Positions 28,754-38,152 of a stretch of 42,651 nt of DNA are shown here, one piece after another; position 1 is the stretch's first letter; every line of letters starts with the position of its first letter. A program made the translations under genes and the position numbers. The DNA is from Rubrobacteraceae bacterium (lineage in GTDB: Bacteria > Actinomycetota > Rubrobacteria > Rubrobacterales > Rubrobacteraceae): positions 1 through 42,651 of the forward strand of contig DASVRE010000257.1 of the NCBI GenBank assembly GCA_036388755.1. Direction: 5' to 3'. Under the pieces are notes generated by a model, which did not search any database, was not told the DNA's origin, and saw nothing but the letters and a program-made list of their open reading frames with translations.

Positions 28754-30547
28754 CTACGAGGCTTCTTCTACCGCTACTCCTGGCTCACGATCGTCGGAGA
28801 CTTGCCGGGCCGGATCGTCATTCGCAGCCAACGGCAGGTCGACTGCCAACGTGGTGCCCTCCCCGGGAGCGCTCTCTATCGAGAGCGTTCCGCCCAACCG
28901 CTCGACCCGCTCGCGCATGGTTCCGAGCCCGAACCCGCCTGTGTGGGTGGAACCGGTCGCGTCGCCGATTTTACTCGGATCGAAACCCGTGCCGTCGTCT
29001 CGCGTGTCCAGCGCGACGCGGTCGTGCATATAGGAGAGGGTCAACGCTGTACGGTTGGCCCGGGCGTGTTTGCGGACGTTGGTCAACGCCTCCTGCGCCA
29101 CCCGGAAGAGCGTGGCTTCGACCTCGGGCTGGAGTTGTCGCGGGGAGCCGGTGACGGTGGCGTGGGCGGCTATGCCGCTCGCCTCCGACCAGCGTTCGAT
29201 GAGGCGGGCCAGGGCTTCCGGCAGCGGAGCCTCCTCGAGCAGCTTAGGCCGGAGCGCCCAGATCAATCGCCGCGCTTCGGCCAAGCTCTCCCGGGCAGTG
29301 AGGCGTGCCTGGCCGAGATGCCACTGAGCCTGGGTTGAGTAGTGACCAGCGGGTAAGATCGCGTCCGCCGCTTCGAGGTTCATGACGATGCTGGCGAAAC
29401 CCTGGGCTAGGGTGTCGTGGATCTCGTGCGCGAGGCGCTGGCGCTCGCCGATGAGGCCCGCCCTCCGGGCCTGCTCGACGAGCCTCAGGTTCTCCAGGGT
29501 CAGGGCTACCGCCGCGGTCAACGTCAGGTACGCGCGCCGGGCTCCCCTCGAAAAACCCTGCCTTCTGCGCGAGGCCACGGTAAGCAAGCCCATCCAGGAC
29601 TCATCTGTCGAAACAAGCGGGAGCAGGAGAACCGATCCCGACCGGGCGCCCAACGCCGCCCGGTCGGGGGCGCGCAGTTCCTCCAAGCGCTGCATCGACC
29701 ACGACTGCCCGCACCGCAGACGCTCCAGCGCCGGGATGCTCGCCGCGTCGAGACGCACGCCGGGCGAAGGAGGGCGCGTTGCCGGCGACGCCCAGGAGCC
29801 CAACAGCACGAACCCCCCAGGAACGCCTTCCTGTGGCATGCCATCGGGCCAAGTGGCCTCCCAGAGGGCCACGTTGCTCACCTCCGAGCCGGCCAAGTTC
29901 TCGCCTATCGCGGCGGCGACGGCCTTCGGGGTAGATGCCGCGCCAACGTCCTGGCTCGTTCTGTAAAGTACCTCGCGGCCCGCCAGCACGTTCCAACCCC
30001 GCAGACCGCCCGCTAAGCCGCCCACAATCGCCAAGGTCGGATAGAGCACCAGCTCGAGTGGCTCCAGACCACTCCCAAAGTACAGCGCGCCGATCGCCTG
30101 GCTGAGGATGGCCGACACCATGCCCGAGACCACGCCGGTCAGCACTCCGTGCAAGGGGCCCGTCGCCCGGACCCTACGCGCTACCCAAGAGGCGGCCAAC
30201 ACGGTGAGCGCAAGATACAGAGCGGGCATCCCGTAGCGCCCGATAAAGTACCCGAACTCTTGGGTGTCGACGCCCAGTATGGAAGCCTCGCGCAAGACGG
30301 AACCCTCTCGCAAGAGAAAGACGACGGTTGCGTAGTGGTTGATCAGGAAGACCGGCAAGTAGTAGAAGAGGATCGTCACCAGCAGGCCGACCCCGACGCC
30401 CGCCGCGAGGATCAGGCGCCACTGCAATCCGTTCGCCGCACCCGCCTTCGAGTTGCCGGCGGACGGCCCTCCATGTCTGGAGCCGGGCGCGCGTGTCAGG
30501 AAGAAGGACCTCAGCCAGCCGGATCCCGTTCTTCTTATAGTTCCCAT
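28754..30547 (-). CDS. Membrane sensor histidine kinase (HisKA_3 type, with GAF-like domain)
   Basis: Several TMs; AHEIHDTLAQ H-box, QEALTNVRKHA, DDGTGF, GFGLGTMRER. Confidence 0.93.
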   Translation of the reverse strand: MGTIRRTGSGWLRSFFLTRAPGSRHGGPSAGNSKAGAANGLQWRLILAAGVGVGLLVTILFYYLPVFLINHYATVVFLLREGSVLREASILGVDTQEFGYFIGRYGMPALYLALTVLAASWVARRVRATGPLHGVLTGVVSGMVSAILSQAIGALYFGSGLEPLELVLYPTLAIVGGLAGGLRGWNVLAGREVLYRTSQDVGAASTPKAVAAAIGENLAGSEVSNVALWEATWPDGMPQEGVPGGFVLLGSWASPATRPPSPGVRLDAASIPALERLRCGQSWSMQRLEELRAPDRAALGARSGSVLLLPLVSTDESWMGLLTVASRRRQGFSRGARRAYLTLTAAVALTLENLRLVEQARRAGLIGERQRLAHEIHDTLAQGFASIVMNLEAADAILPAGHYSTQAQWHLGQARLTARESLAEARRLIWALRPKLLEEAPLPEALARLIERWSEASGIAAHATVTGSPRQLQPEVEATLFRVAQEALTNVRKHARANRTALTLSYMHDRVALDTRDDGTGFDPSKIGDATGSTHTGGFGLGTMRERVERLGGTLSIESAPGEGTTLAVDLPLAANDDPARQVSDDREPGVAVEEAS

Positions 30548-30820
30548 TTGGGTGTCACCCGCCCGGAGCGGCGACCCGGTTCGGTAGTACCGTCCGGATC
30601 AAGGCGTCGCGCCAACTCCATCCGATCTACCCCCTTATCAAAAACCGGGCCTCTACACGTGATCGGTAAATACTTAACAGAGCGCATCCTACCCTACAAC
30701 CCTTTTTGGCGAAGTTCATACTTTTGGGCGTTGCAAATCATCCTTTTGGAGGAGGCTAGATCTGGGTCAAGATGGCAAGATTTATTCAGTATTGTTAAGC
30801 GGCAATGATGGAGGAACGAT

Positions 30821-31162
30821 ATGAAGAAGTTGATGCTGTTGGCTGCTGTGTTGGCGATGGTTGTAGTCGCCGCGGTACCGGCCATAGCGCAGATCGGTCA
30901 GGAGTTCGAGCAGGAGACCGAGAGTGGCGACGTTGACCAGTCGTTCACCGTCACCAGCGAGGGCGACAACTCCAACCAGTGTGCGGGCATCCAGGGTGTG
31001 GCGAACACCGGCAACGCCCAGAACCAGATCGGCGTCTTGCAGTATGGCTCAGAGGCCGATGACTTCGAGTTCGACGGGGTCGGCTCCGACATCTCAGTGA
31101 GCCCCGAGAGCTCGACGACGTGTGACCAGCAGGTCAACCAGGCCGCTTCGGCTGCCGCGTAA
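30821..31162 (+). CDS. Small secreted Q/N/S/G/D-rich protein with two Cys
   Basis: GGAGG RBS, MKKLMLL...AIA signal peptide, own terminator. Confidence 0.88.
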   Translation: MKKLMLLAAVLAMVVVAAVPAIAQIGQEFEQETESGDVDQSFTVTSEGDNSNQCAGIQGVANTGNAQNQIGVLQYGSEADDFEFDGVGSDISVSPESSTTCDQQVNQAASAAA

Positions 31163-31204
31163 GGTCTAGCCTCTAGCTAGAGTAGCGCCACCACGGCGCC
31201 GCGT

Positions 31205-31238
31205 GCCGGGGCTCCCACAAGGGAGCCCCGGCCTTTTT
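31205..31238 (+). terminator. Rho-independent terminator
   Basis: Perfect 12-bp stem GCCGGGGCTCCC-ACAA-GGGAGCCCCGGC followed by CTTTTT. Confidence 0.88.
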
Positions 31239-31268
31239 GCGTGCGTACGCGGCGGGCGTTCAACCTGC

Positions 31269-31526
31269 CTATCTCGGTTCGTATACGTCGTAGAGGATAG
31301 GTTCGATGCCCTCTGCGCCTACCCCCGAGCGGTACTGGATGTAGTAGGCACGCTGGAGGTAGGCGAGTGCGGTCTTGACGCGGCCTTCGAGGGTGGGTAT
31401 TTCGGCCTCTATCTCCTCGAGCTTCGTCGGGTCGAGGACGACGTCTTCTTCGTCGTTGTCTTGCCATAGGAGCCAGAGCCTGCGCCATAGGGTGTCGAGC
31501 TCCGGGGAGAGGGGTTCGCGTTGCAT
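31269..31526 (-). CDS. Hypothetical protein (85 aa)
   Basis: ATG directly after the moaB stop; coding-like composition. Confidence 0.75.
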   Translation of the reverse strand: MQREPLSPELDTLWRRLWLLWQDNDEEDVVLDPTKLEEIEAEIPTLEGRVKTALAYLQRAYYIQYRSGVGAEGIEPILYDVYEPR

Positions 31527-32057
31527 CTAGCGGGCCTCCTCTGCGCGGTGCTTGCGGAGCTCGAAGACGACGTGCGGGATCTCGGGCACGAGCAGCTTCT
31601 CCATCGCGAGGCGCACCGCGTTCGTCGAGCCGGGCAAACAGGCGACGAACTTAGCGCCCGACGCCCCGGCGACCGCGCGGCTCAGGATTGCGGCGGCGCC
31701 GATCTCCTCGTAGGAGAGCATTCTGAAGAGTTCACCGAACCCATCGAGCTTTTTGTCGATAAGGCGGCTCACGACTTCGTAGGTAGTGTCGCGTGCCGAG
31801 ATGCCCGTACCGCCGGTGGTGATCACGGCGTCTACGCTCGTGTCGGTGAGGAACTCCTGGAGGACCACCTCTATCCGCGGCGCGTCGTCCTCTACGATTT
31901 CGCGGCGCGAGACCTCGTGGCCGGCCTCCCGCATGAGTTCGACGATGGCGTTGCCGCCAGTGTCGGTCTCGGGGGTGCGGGTGTCGCTTATGGTCAGGAC
32001 GGCGACCCGCACCCGCTCTGGTGAGGCATCCCGGTGCTTTTCGACGCTTTCGCTCAT
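31527..32057 (-). CDS. moaB: Molybdenum cofactor biosynthesis protein MoaB/MogA family
   Basis: VLTISDTR, TTGGTGISARDTTYE, GFGELFR, AILSRA, LPGSTNAV; ATGA overlap with the MBL gene. Confidence 0.9.
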   Translation of the reverse strand: MSESVEKHRDASPERVRVAVLTISDTRTPETDTGGNAIVELMREAGHEVSRREIVEDDAPRIEVVLQEFLTDTSVDAVITTGGTGISARDTTYEVVSRLIDKKLDGFGELFRMLSYEEIGAAAILSRAVAGASGAKFVACLPGSTNAVRLAMEKLLVPEIPHVVFELRKHRAEEAR

Positions 32058-32692
32058 GGTGTTCCCCCGCCGAGGAACGGGTTGGTCATGCGCTCCCGGC
32101 CGATGTTGGTCTCGGGGCCGTGTCCGGAGAGGACACGCGTGGCGTCCGGTAAGGTCAGGAGTCGCTCGGAGATGCTGCGCATGAGGACATCCATGCTCCC
32201 GCCCTGCAGGTCCGTCCTGCCTACGCTCCCCGCGAAGAGCGCGTCGCCGGAGAAGACGATCTCCTGCTCTTCGGCGTAGAAGGCGAGGTGCCCAGGCGCG
32301 TGGCCCGGGGTGTACAGGGAGCGGAGCCGTAAGTTGCCTACCTCCAGCACCTCGTCGTCGGCTACGTGCCGGTCCACCTTCGGCACCTTGCCGAACCTTA
32401 TACCCATCATCATCGCCTGCTGGGGCACCGTCCGAAGCATCGCCTCGGCCTCCTCGTGCATCACGACCGGGCAGAGAAACTCGTCCTTCAGGGGGGCGAT
32501 GGCGCCGACATGATCGATATGGGAGTGGGTCACGATGATCTGGCTTATCGACAGCCCTAGCCGCTCGACGGCGAGCGCGATGCGGGCCGCCTCGTCGCCC
32601 GGGTCGATGAGGGCGCCCGTCCCCGAATCCTCGTCGCCAATCACGTAACAGTTCTCCTGGAACGGCCCGACGGTAAGCATCTCGACTATCAT
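32054..32692 (-). CDS. MBL-fold metallo-hydrolase (glyoxalase II-like)
   Basis: THSHIDHVG, TPGHAPG, FSGDALF, SGHGP. Confidence 0.93.
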   Translation of the reverse strand: MIVEMLTVGPFQENCYVIGDEDSGTGALIDPGDEAARIALAVERLGLSISQIIVTHSHIDHVGAIAPLKDEFLCPVVMHEEAEAMLRTVPQQAMMMGIRFGKVPKVDRHVADDEVLEVGNLRLRSLYTPGHAPGHLAFYAEEQEIVFSGDALFAGSVGRTDLQGGSMDVLMRSISERLLTLPDATRVLSGHGPETNIGRERMTNPFLGGGTP

Positions 32693-34177
32693 CTACGCCT
32701 CCTCTGCGGTGCGATTTCGCGCCCGGCCTCGTAGGAACTCGACGAGCAGTCGCGCGGGCGTCCCCGATGCTCCTCTCGGGGTGTAGGCGTTCTGCTGCTT
32801 GCCGTAGTAGGCGGTGCCGGCGATGTCCAGGTGTGCCCAGGGATAATCCGCAAACTCCTTGAGAAAAGCCCCGGCGGTCAGGGCGCCCCCGTAGCGGCCG
32901 CCGGAGTTCTTCAGGTCGGCCGTGTTGCCCTTTATCTGCTCGGTGTACTCTTTGAAGAGCGGGAGGTGCCAGGCACGTTCGCCCGATGCCTCGCCGGCCG
33001 TCTGTATCTCCAAGATCAAGGTATCGTCGTTGCCCATGAGGCCCGAGGCGTGATCTCCTAAAGCCACGTAACATGCTCCGGTGAGGGTGGCGCAGTCGAC
33101 GACGGCGGCGGGCTCGTAGCGTCTGGCGTAGGAGAGGGCATCCGCCAGGATCAAACGCCCCTCGGCGTCTGTCGTGACGATCTCCACTGTCTTACCTGAG
33201 TGGAGCTCGAGTACGTCCCCGGGCTTGAAGGCGTTCCCCCCGGGTAGGTTCTCGGTGGCGGGAACGAGCGCGACGACGTTGAGGGGCAGGCCAAGAGACC
33301 CGACCGTTTCCATCGCGCCCAGCACAGCTGCGCCCCCACTCATGTCGTACTTCATGTCTTCCATGTTGGTAGCCGGCTTTATGGAGATGCCGCCCGAGTC
33401 GAAGGTCACGGCCTTGCCAACGAGGATTACGGGAGGATCCCCATCCTCGCCCCCGTGGTGCTCCAGCGCGATAAAACGTGGCTCGTTCTCTGACGCGCGA
33501 CCGACGGTTGCTAGGCCGTGGAGTCCTTCGGCTTCGATGCCGGCGCGGTCTAGGATGGTCGCCTGCATCCCGTACCGCTCGGCTATCTCGCGTGCTTTTT
33601 TGGCCAGGTACTCCGGGGTTGCGGTGTTCGAGGGCTCGTTGGCGAGGTTCCGGGCGAGGAGGGCTGACTCGGCGAGTTTCGCGCCGGTCTCGGCGCCGCC
33701 GGCGACCTCGTCCTCGTCGTCGTGGACGAGCGTAAAGGCCTCGAGCTCCCGGCTCTCCGCGCTCGTTTTGTAGCGGTCGAAGCGGTACAGACCCAGGGCC
33801 GCTCCCTCGGCAGCCGCTTCGGCGGCTGCGACACGGGCGGCCGATCCTTCCGAGACGTGCAGGGCGAAGGCCGCATCGTCTAGTTTTAGCGCCCGGGCCC
33901 GCTTCGCTGCGATAGCGGAGGCCCGCCGGAGCGTGTCCAGGGTGAACGAAGTGCGATCGCCGAGGCCCACGAGCAACAGCCGGGGAGAGGCCAGACCCTC
34001 TGGGGCGTAGACTAGAGCCGTTTCGCCCTCCTTGCCCGAAAAATCCCCGTTCGAGAGCACGGGGTCCGCGGCTCCGACCAGCTCTTGCGGGGCGCTCTCG
34101 CCCTTGTGGAGGCCGACCGCCAGCAGTCCCGACGACACCTCCCCAAGTGCGCCGCCCGTGGCGTCGATCCGAACCAA
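32693..34177 (-). CDS. pepA: Leucyl aminopeptidase (M17)
   Basis: GKAVTFDSGGISIK, MKYDMSG, TDAEGRLILAD, ATLTGA, HLDIAG. Confidence 0.95.
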   Translation of the reverse strand: MVRIDATGGALGEVSSGLLAVGLHKGESAPQELVGAADPVLSNGDFSGKEGETALVYAPEGLASPRLLLVGLGDRTSFTLDTLRRASAIAAKRARALKLDDAAFALHVSEGSAARVAAAEAAAEGAALGLYRFDRYKTSAESRELEAFTLVHDDEDEVAGGAETGAKLAESALLARNLANEPSNTATPEYLAKKAREIAERYGMQATILDRAGIEAEGLHGLATVGRASENEPRFIALEHHGGEDGDPPVILVGKAVTFDSGGISIKPATNMEDMKYDMSGGAAVLGAMETVGSLGLPLNVVALVPATENLPGGNAFKPGDVLELHSGKTVEIVTTDAEGRLILADALSYARRYEPAAVVDCATLTGACYVALGDHASGLMGNDDTLILEIQTAGEASGERAWHLPLFKEYTEQIKGNTADLKNSGGRYGGALTAGAFLKEFADYPWAHLDIAGTAYYGKQQNAYTPRGASGTPARLLVEFLRGRARNRTAEEA

Positions 34178-34398
34178 ACCCGCTCCCTTCTACGTTAGCC
34201 ATCGACCTAAACCGCGTAGATTATAGGCCAAAGATACCCGCGATCCGTGCGAGTTTCCCCCCGCTCGGTTGTTGCCCGCCGGCGCAGGTACCACGGCCCG
34301 TGCGCCCGGTCCCTCGATGCACAAAGGCAGCCCACTACAACGGAGACCCTATGCAACGCCGTACCCCGCGAAGTACTCGAAGAGCCCCGTGCGCAGAA

Positions 34399-34424
34399 GG
34401 GGCGCGGACCGAAGTCCGCGCCCC
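34399..34424 (-). terminator. Hairpin terminator downstream of glnA
   Basis: 11-bp perfect stem with a cUUCGg tetraloop on the minus strand. Confidence 0.75.
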
Positions 34425-34449
34425 GTAACCGACAACTAATGTCCAACAA

Positions 34450-35781
34450 CTACAAGATCGGCAAGAACTTCTGTACCTCATAGGGCGTCACCTGCAACCG
34501 GTACTCCTCGAACTCCGCGCGCTTGAGCTCCAGGAGCCTCGTGTAGGTGTGCTCGCCAAGGGCTTTCTGCAGGAGCTCGGAGTTCTCGGCCTCCTTTATT
34601 GCCTCGCCGAGGTCGGCGGGCAGGCTCTGGACGCCGAGCTTCTGCAGCTCGGTGGGGGAGAGGTCGTAGAGGTTGCGCTCCATCGGCTCGGGCAGCTCGT
34701 AGCCCTTCTCGATGCCTTCCAGGCCTGCGTGAAGGAGTGCGGCGAAGCACAGGTAGATGTTGGCTGCCGGGTCCGGGCACCGGAGCTCCATCCTGGTGGC
34801 CTTCTCCTGTCCCGGGTGGAAGCCTGGAACCCTTACTAGCGCCGAGCGGTTCTTGCGGCTCCAGGCGATGTAGACCGGGGCCTCGTAGCCGGGAACCAGC
34901 CGCTTGTACGAGTTCACGTACTGGGCGAAGATTATGCTGATCTCGCGCGCGTGGCGGAGCTGGCCCGCGATAAAGGCCTGCGCCTCGTCGGAGAGGTAGT
35001 ACTGGTTATCGGGGTCGAAGAAGGCGTTCTTGTCGCCCGTAAAGAGGCTCTGGTGAGTGTGCATGCCGCTGCCGTTCTCGTTCGCCAGCGGCTTGGGCAT
35101 GAAGGTGGCGTAGACCCCGTGGCGGGTGGCGATCTCCTTGACGACCGTCTTGTAGGTCTGGACCTTGTCGGCCATCACCAAAGCGTCGTCGAACCTCAGG
35201 TCGATCTCGTGCTGGCTGGGGGCGACCTCGTGGTGGGAAACCTCTACGTTGATGCCGACCTCCTGGAGCGCCAGGATCGTCTCGCGCCTCAAGGACGTGG
35301 CCGCGTCCAACGTGGTCAGGTCGAAGTAGCCACCCTGGTCGATTGGGGTCGCGCTGGTGGAGTCCTTGAAGTAGAAGAACTCGAGCTCGGGGCCGCAGTT
35401 GAAGGCGTCGAAGCCCATCTCGTTGGCCCGCTCCAGCGCCCGCTTCAGGATGTAGCGCGGGTCGCCGACGTAGGGGTCGCCATCCGGGGTCTCCACGTCG
35501 CAGATCATGCGCGCCGTGCGGTTGTCCTGGGGGCTCCAGGGGATGACCTGGAACGTGTCGGGGTCGGGCATGGCGATCATGTCCGACTCCTCGATGTCGT
35601 TGTAGCCGGTGATCGACGAGCCGTCGAAGCCCATCCCCCCGTCTAGGGCGTCCTCGAGCTCCCCGACCGTAATCGCAAAGCTCTTCAATGTCCCGAGGAT
35701 GTCCGTAAACCACAGCCGGATGAACTTGACGTTGTTCTCCTCGGCCTGCCTTAGGATGTCTTGCTTGGCCTGCGTGTCCAA
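34450..35781 (-). CDS. glnA: Glutamine synthetase type I (GSI-alpha-like)
   Basis: FDGSSI, GPELEFF, HHEVAPSQHE, TFMPKP..NGSGMHTH, SYKRLVPGYEAP, NRSALVR, ELRCPD; TTG start after AGGAGG. Confidence 0.96.
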   Translation of the reverse strand: MDTQAKQDILRQAEENNVKFIRLWFTDILGTLKSFAITVGELEDALDGGMGFDGSSITGYNDIEESDMIAMPDPDTFQVIPWSPQDNRTARMICDVETPDGDPYVGDPRYILKRALERANEMGFDAFNCGPELEFFYFKDSTSATPIDQGGYFDLTTLDAATSLRRETILALQEVGINVEVSHHEVAPSQHEIDLRFDDALVMADKVQTYKTVVKEIATRHGVYATFMPKPLANENGSGMHTHQSLFTGDKNAFFDPDNQYYLSDEAQAFIAGQLRHAREISIIFAQYVNSYKRLVPGYEAPVYIAWSRKNRSALVRVPGFHPGQEKATRMELRCPDPAANIYLCFAALLHAGLEGIEKGYELPEPMERNLYDLSPTELQKLGVQSLPADLGEAIKEAENSELLQKALGEHTYTRLLELKRAEFEEYRLQVTPYEVQKFLPIL

Positions 35782-35903
35782 AACTTCCTCCTGTCTAAGC
35801 TTTCGCCCGCGACGGCTTCTAGGGTAGACTGTGCGAAGACCTTCGCGAGTATCTCGCCACAGCACACCAGCTATGATATGAATCCCTCTCTTCGTTGGGT
35901 AGG

Positions 35904-35981
35904 GCCCGTTGTACAAGTCAGGCCCGCCTTAGAAGCGATATTTTTAGCCCGATGTACAAAGGATTGGCCCCTTGTACAAAG
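35904..35981. promoter_or_regulatory. Three direct repeats GCCCnnTGTACAA upstream of glnA
   Basis: TGTACA cores at 35910, 35953 and 35973; candidate -10 TATCAT on the minus strand at 35873-35878. Confidence 0.55.
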
Positions 35982-36108
35982 AATACGATGCTTAGCGCCG
36001 CAGAAAAGGTGAGCCGCGGGTGCGGGCGGGGTAGAATCAGGGGGCGGGGCCCGCGAACGGATGGGTCGGGCAACTAAAAGCGAGTGACGAAGACGACGGG
36101 GGGAATAG

Positions 36109-36939
36109 ATGAGCGACAGGCCTCAGGACAGGCCCGAGGATCGCCGGAGGCGCGGTCCTCTAGGAGACGAGGAGGGTACCGAGGATACCAGACCCGTGCC
36201 GCGGGGCGGCGAGGACGCGGAGACGGGCCAGTTGTCGTCCGAAGGCGACGAGCGCGAGGGCGCGACTCGTGAGAACGTGGCGGGCTCTTCTGGAGGGACT
36301 GTTCGGCACGAGGCTCCCGACCAGGACGATCCACATACGCGCGTGATTCGAACCCCGGGTGGTCCCGACGCGTACGAGGACGAGGAGGTACCTTTTACTA
36401 GGGAGGAACGCCTCAGGGACGTCTACGGCGGGGTCGACTGGTTGGCCAGCTTTGTAGGGTGCGTCATTGCGCTGGTATGCATGAGCGTCTTGCTGCTCCT
36501 CATTTCGGGTCTCGTGCTCGGTCCTCTGGGTTTCACGCTCGATCTCGCGGGAGGTCAGCTGGACTCGGCCATCATCACGGGTCTAGTAATCGTCGGGTTA
36601 GTGCTCTTTCTCTCCTACTTTTTCGGGGGTTACGTGGCCGGACGGCTCGTGCGCTTCGACGGTGGTCGCAACGGGGCGGCGACGGTCGCGTGGGGTATTT
36701 TACTGGCAGTGATTTTCGCGCTCTTCGGTTTCCTTCTCGTCGGCCTACTGCCCGGATCGGTCTTTGAACTCTTGAGGGGACTCCAGAGCGGCATCCAGTC
36801 GATCTTCGGCAACCTGTTCACGCTGGGTCTCGTGGGTGCGGGGATTATCGTTGGCGCCTTGCTGCTGGTGCTCTTGGGCGGCTTGCTCGGGGGGAGCCTA
36901 GGGAACCGTTACCACACACGCATAGACCGGACCAACTGA
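36109..36939 (+). CDS. Membrane protein with charged disordered N-terminus (YrzE/TIGR04086-like)
   Basis: YGGVDWLASFVG, YFFGGYVAGR, GGLLGG..G.RYH; about 4 TMs. Confidence 0.8.
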   Translation: MSDRPQDRPEDRRRRGPLGDEEGTEDTRPVPRGGEDAETGQLSSEGDEREGATRENVAGSSGGTVRHEAPDQDDPHTRVIRTPGGPDAYEDEEVPFTREERLRDVYGGVDWLASFVGCVIALVCMSVLLLLISGLVLGPLGFTLDLAGGQLDSAIITGLVIVGLVLFLSYFFGGYVAGRLVRFDGGRNGAATVAWGILLAVIFALFGFLLVGLLPGSVFELLRGLQSGIQSIFGNLFTLGLVGAGIIVGALLLVLLGGLLGGSLGNRYHTRIDRTN

Positions 36940-37083
36940 AGCCGGGCGTGGGACCCCGAAGATCGCGGATTGCTCAAGAATCTTGTCCTTGTTCTCTTAA
37001 TTTAGGGGAACCCGGGGTAAAATCCGTTCTCGAAGACGAACGGTAGGCCGGTTTGTCATGAAAGGATGCGCAAGGGTCGGAGC

Positions 37084-38118
37084 ATGGCGAGACACGTGCT
37101 TTTAGAGACGGGCATAAGACGGTTGGGCACCAAAGAGAAGGGTTTCTTCTACCGGTACCCGGATTCCGGGGAGACCGTTCGCGAGGAGAAGGTCCTCGAG
37201 CGCATCGAGAACCTCAAGGTACCGCCGGCCTGGAGCGACGTTCACATAGCCCGCGGTCCTTCGGCCAAGGTGCAAGCCGTCGGCTACGACTCGGCGGGAA
37301 GGCTCCAATACGTATACAGCCCGGAATACCGCGAACGCAAGGAGCGCGAGAAGTTCGAGCGAATCCTGCGTTTTGCAGATCACCTTCCCGAGATGCGCCG
37401 CATTACGAGCGAGCACTTGAGTCACGAGAAGCTCGACCGGGAGAAGGTACTAGCGACGATGGTGCGTCTGATGAACGCCGCTCACTTCCGCGTCGGCGAA
37501 GAACGTTACGCGAAGAAGAACAAGACCTACGGCATTGCGACCCTGCGACGCAAGCATCTCAAGATAGAGGGCGACACCATGATCTTCGAGTACACCGGGA
37601 AGTGGGGGAAGTTTCAGCGCCAGTGCGTCACGGACAGAAAGCTCTCGGAGATCGTCGAGGAGTGCGCCGCTTTGCCTGGGTATGAGGTCTTCAAATACAT
37701 CGACGAAGACGGCGAGTTAAGGGACGTCAAATCCCGCGACCTCAACGCTTACGTAAAGGAGGTCATGGGTTCCGAGTTTACGGCCAAGGACTTTCGGACC
37801 TGGGCCGGCACCCTCGTCGCCGCCGTCAAGCTCGCGGAACTCGGCGCCGAGGAAGACCTCAAAAAGGCCGAGAAGAACGTCGTCGCGGCGGTGGACGCCG
37901 TGGCCCAGAGGCTCGGCAACACCCGCGCCATCGCCCGCTCTTCCTACGTCAGCCCGCGCATCATCGATCACTATATGGAGGGGTCGGTAGTCGCCTACTA
38001 CACCGATCGCATAGAGGAGATCATCCTCGCCGAACAGGGCGAACTCAACGAGGGCGAGAAGGCACTTTTGGAGCTGCTCAAGAAGAAGCTCCGGCGCGAG
38101 CTCGAGAGGGCAGCTTGA
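37084..38118 (+). CDS. DNA topoisomerase IB (bacterial, poxvirus-like)
   Basis: VPPAW, GRLQY, FRVGEERY, TYGIATL, FEYTGK, TAKDFRTW, LGNTRAIARSSYV; alternative ATG at 37066. Confidence 0.93.
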   Translation: MARHVLLETGIRRLGTKEKGFFYRYPDSGETVREEKVLERIENLKVPPAWSDVHIARGPSAKVQAVGYDSAGRLQYVYSPEYRERKEREKFERILRFADHLPEMRRITSEHLSHEKLDREKVLATMVRLMNAAHFRVGEERYAKKNKTYGIATLRRKHLKIEGDTMIFEYTGKWGKFQRQCVTDRKLSEIVEECAALPGYEVFKYIDEDGELRDVKSRDLNAYVKEVMGSEFTAKDFRTWAGTLVAAVKLAELGAEEDLKKAEKNVVAAVDAVAQRLGNTRAIARSSYVSPRIIDHYMEGSVVAYYTDRIEEIILAEQGELNEGEKALLELLKKKLRRELERAA

Positions 38119-38152
38119 CAGCACCCGACGAACAGGAGGAAGCACGCCCGTC

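Noticed and set aside
30701-30750. Three TTTTGG motifs upstream of the secreted protein
   Set aside because: Short and irregularly spaced (18 and 22 nt) in AT-rich DNA, so plausibly chance
31527-33074. 515-aa ORF suggesting a long MoaB fusion
   Set aside because: The N-terminal part is an off-frame read-through of pepA and the MBL gene; the real moaB starts at 32057
35782-35916. 45-aa N-terminal extension of glnA
   Set aside because: AGGAGG precedes the TTG at 35781 and GS homology begins there
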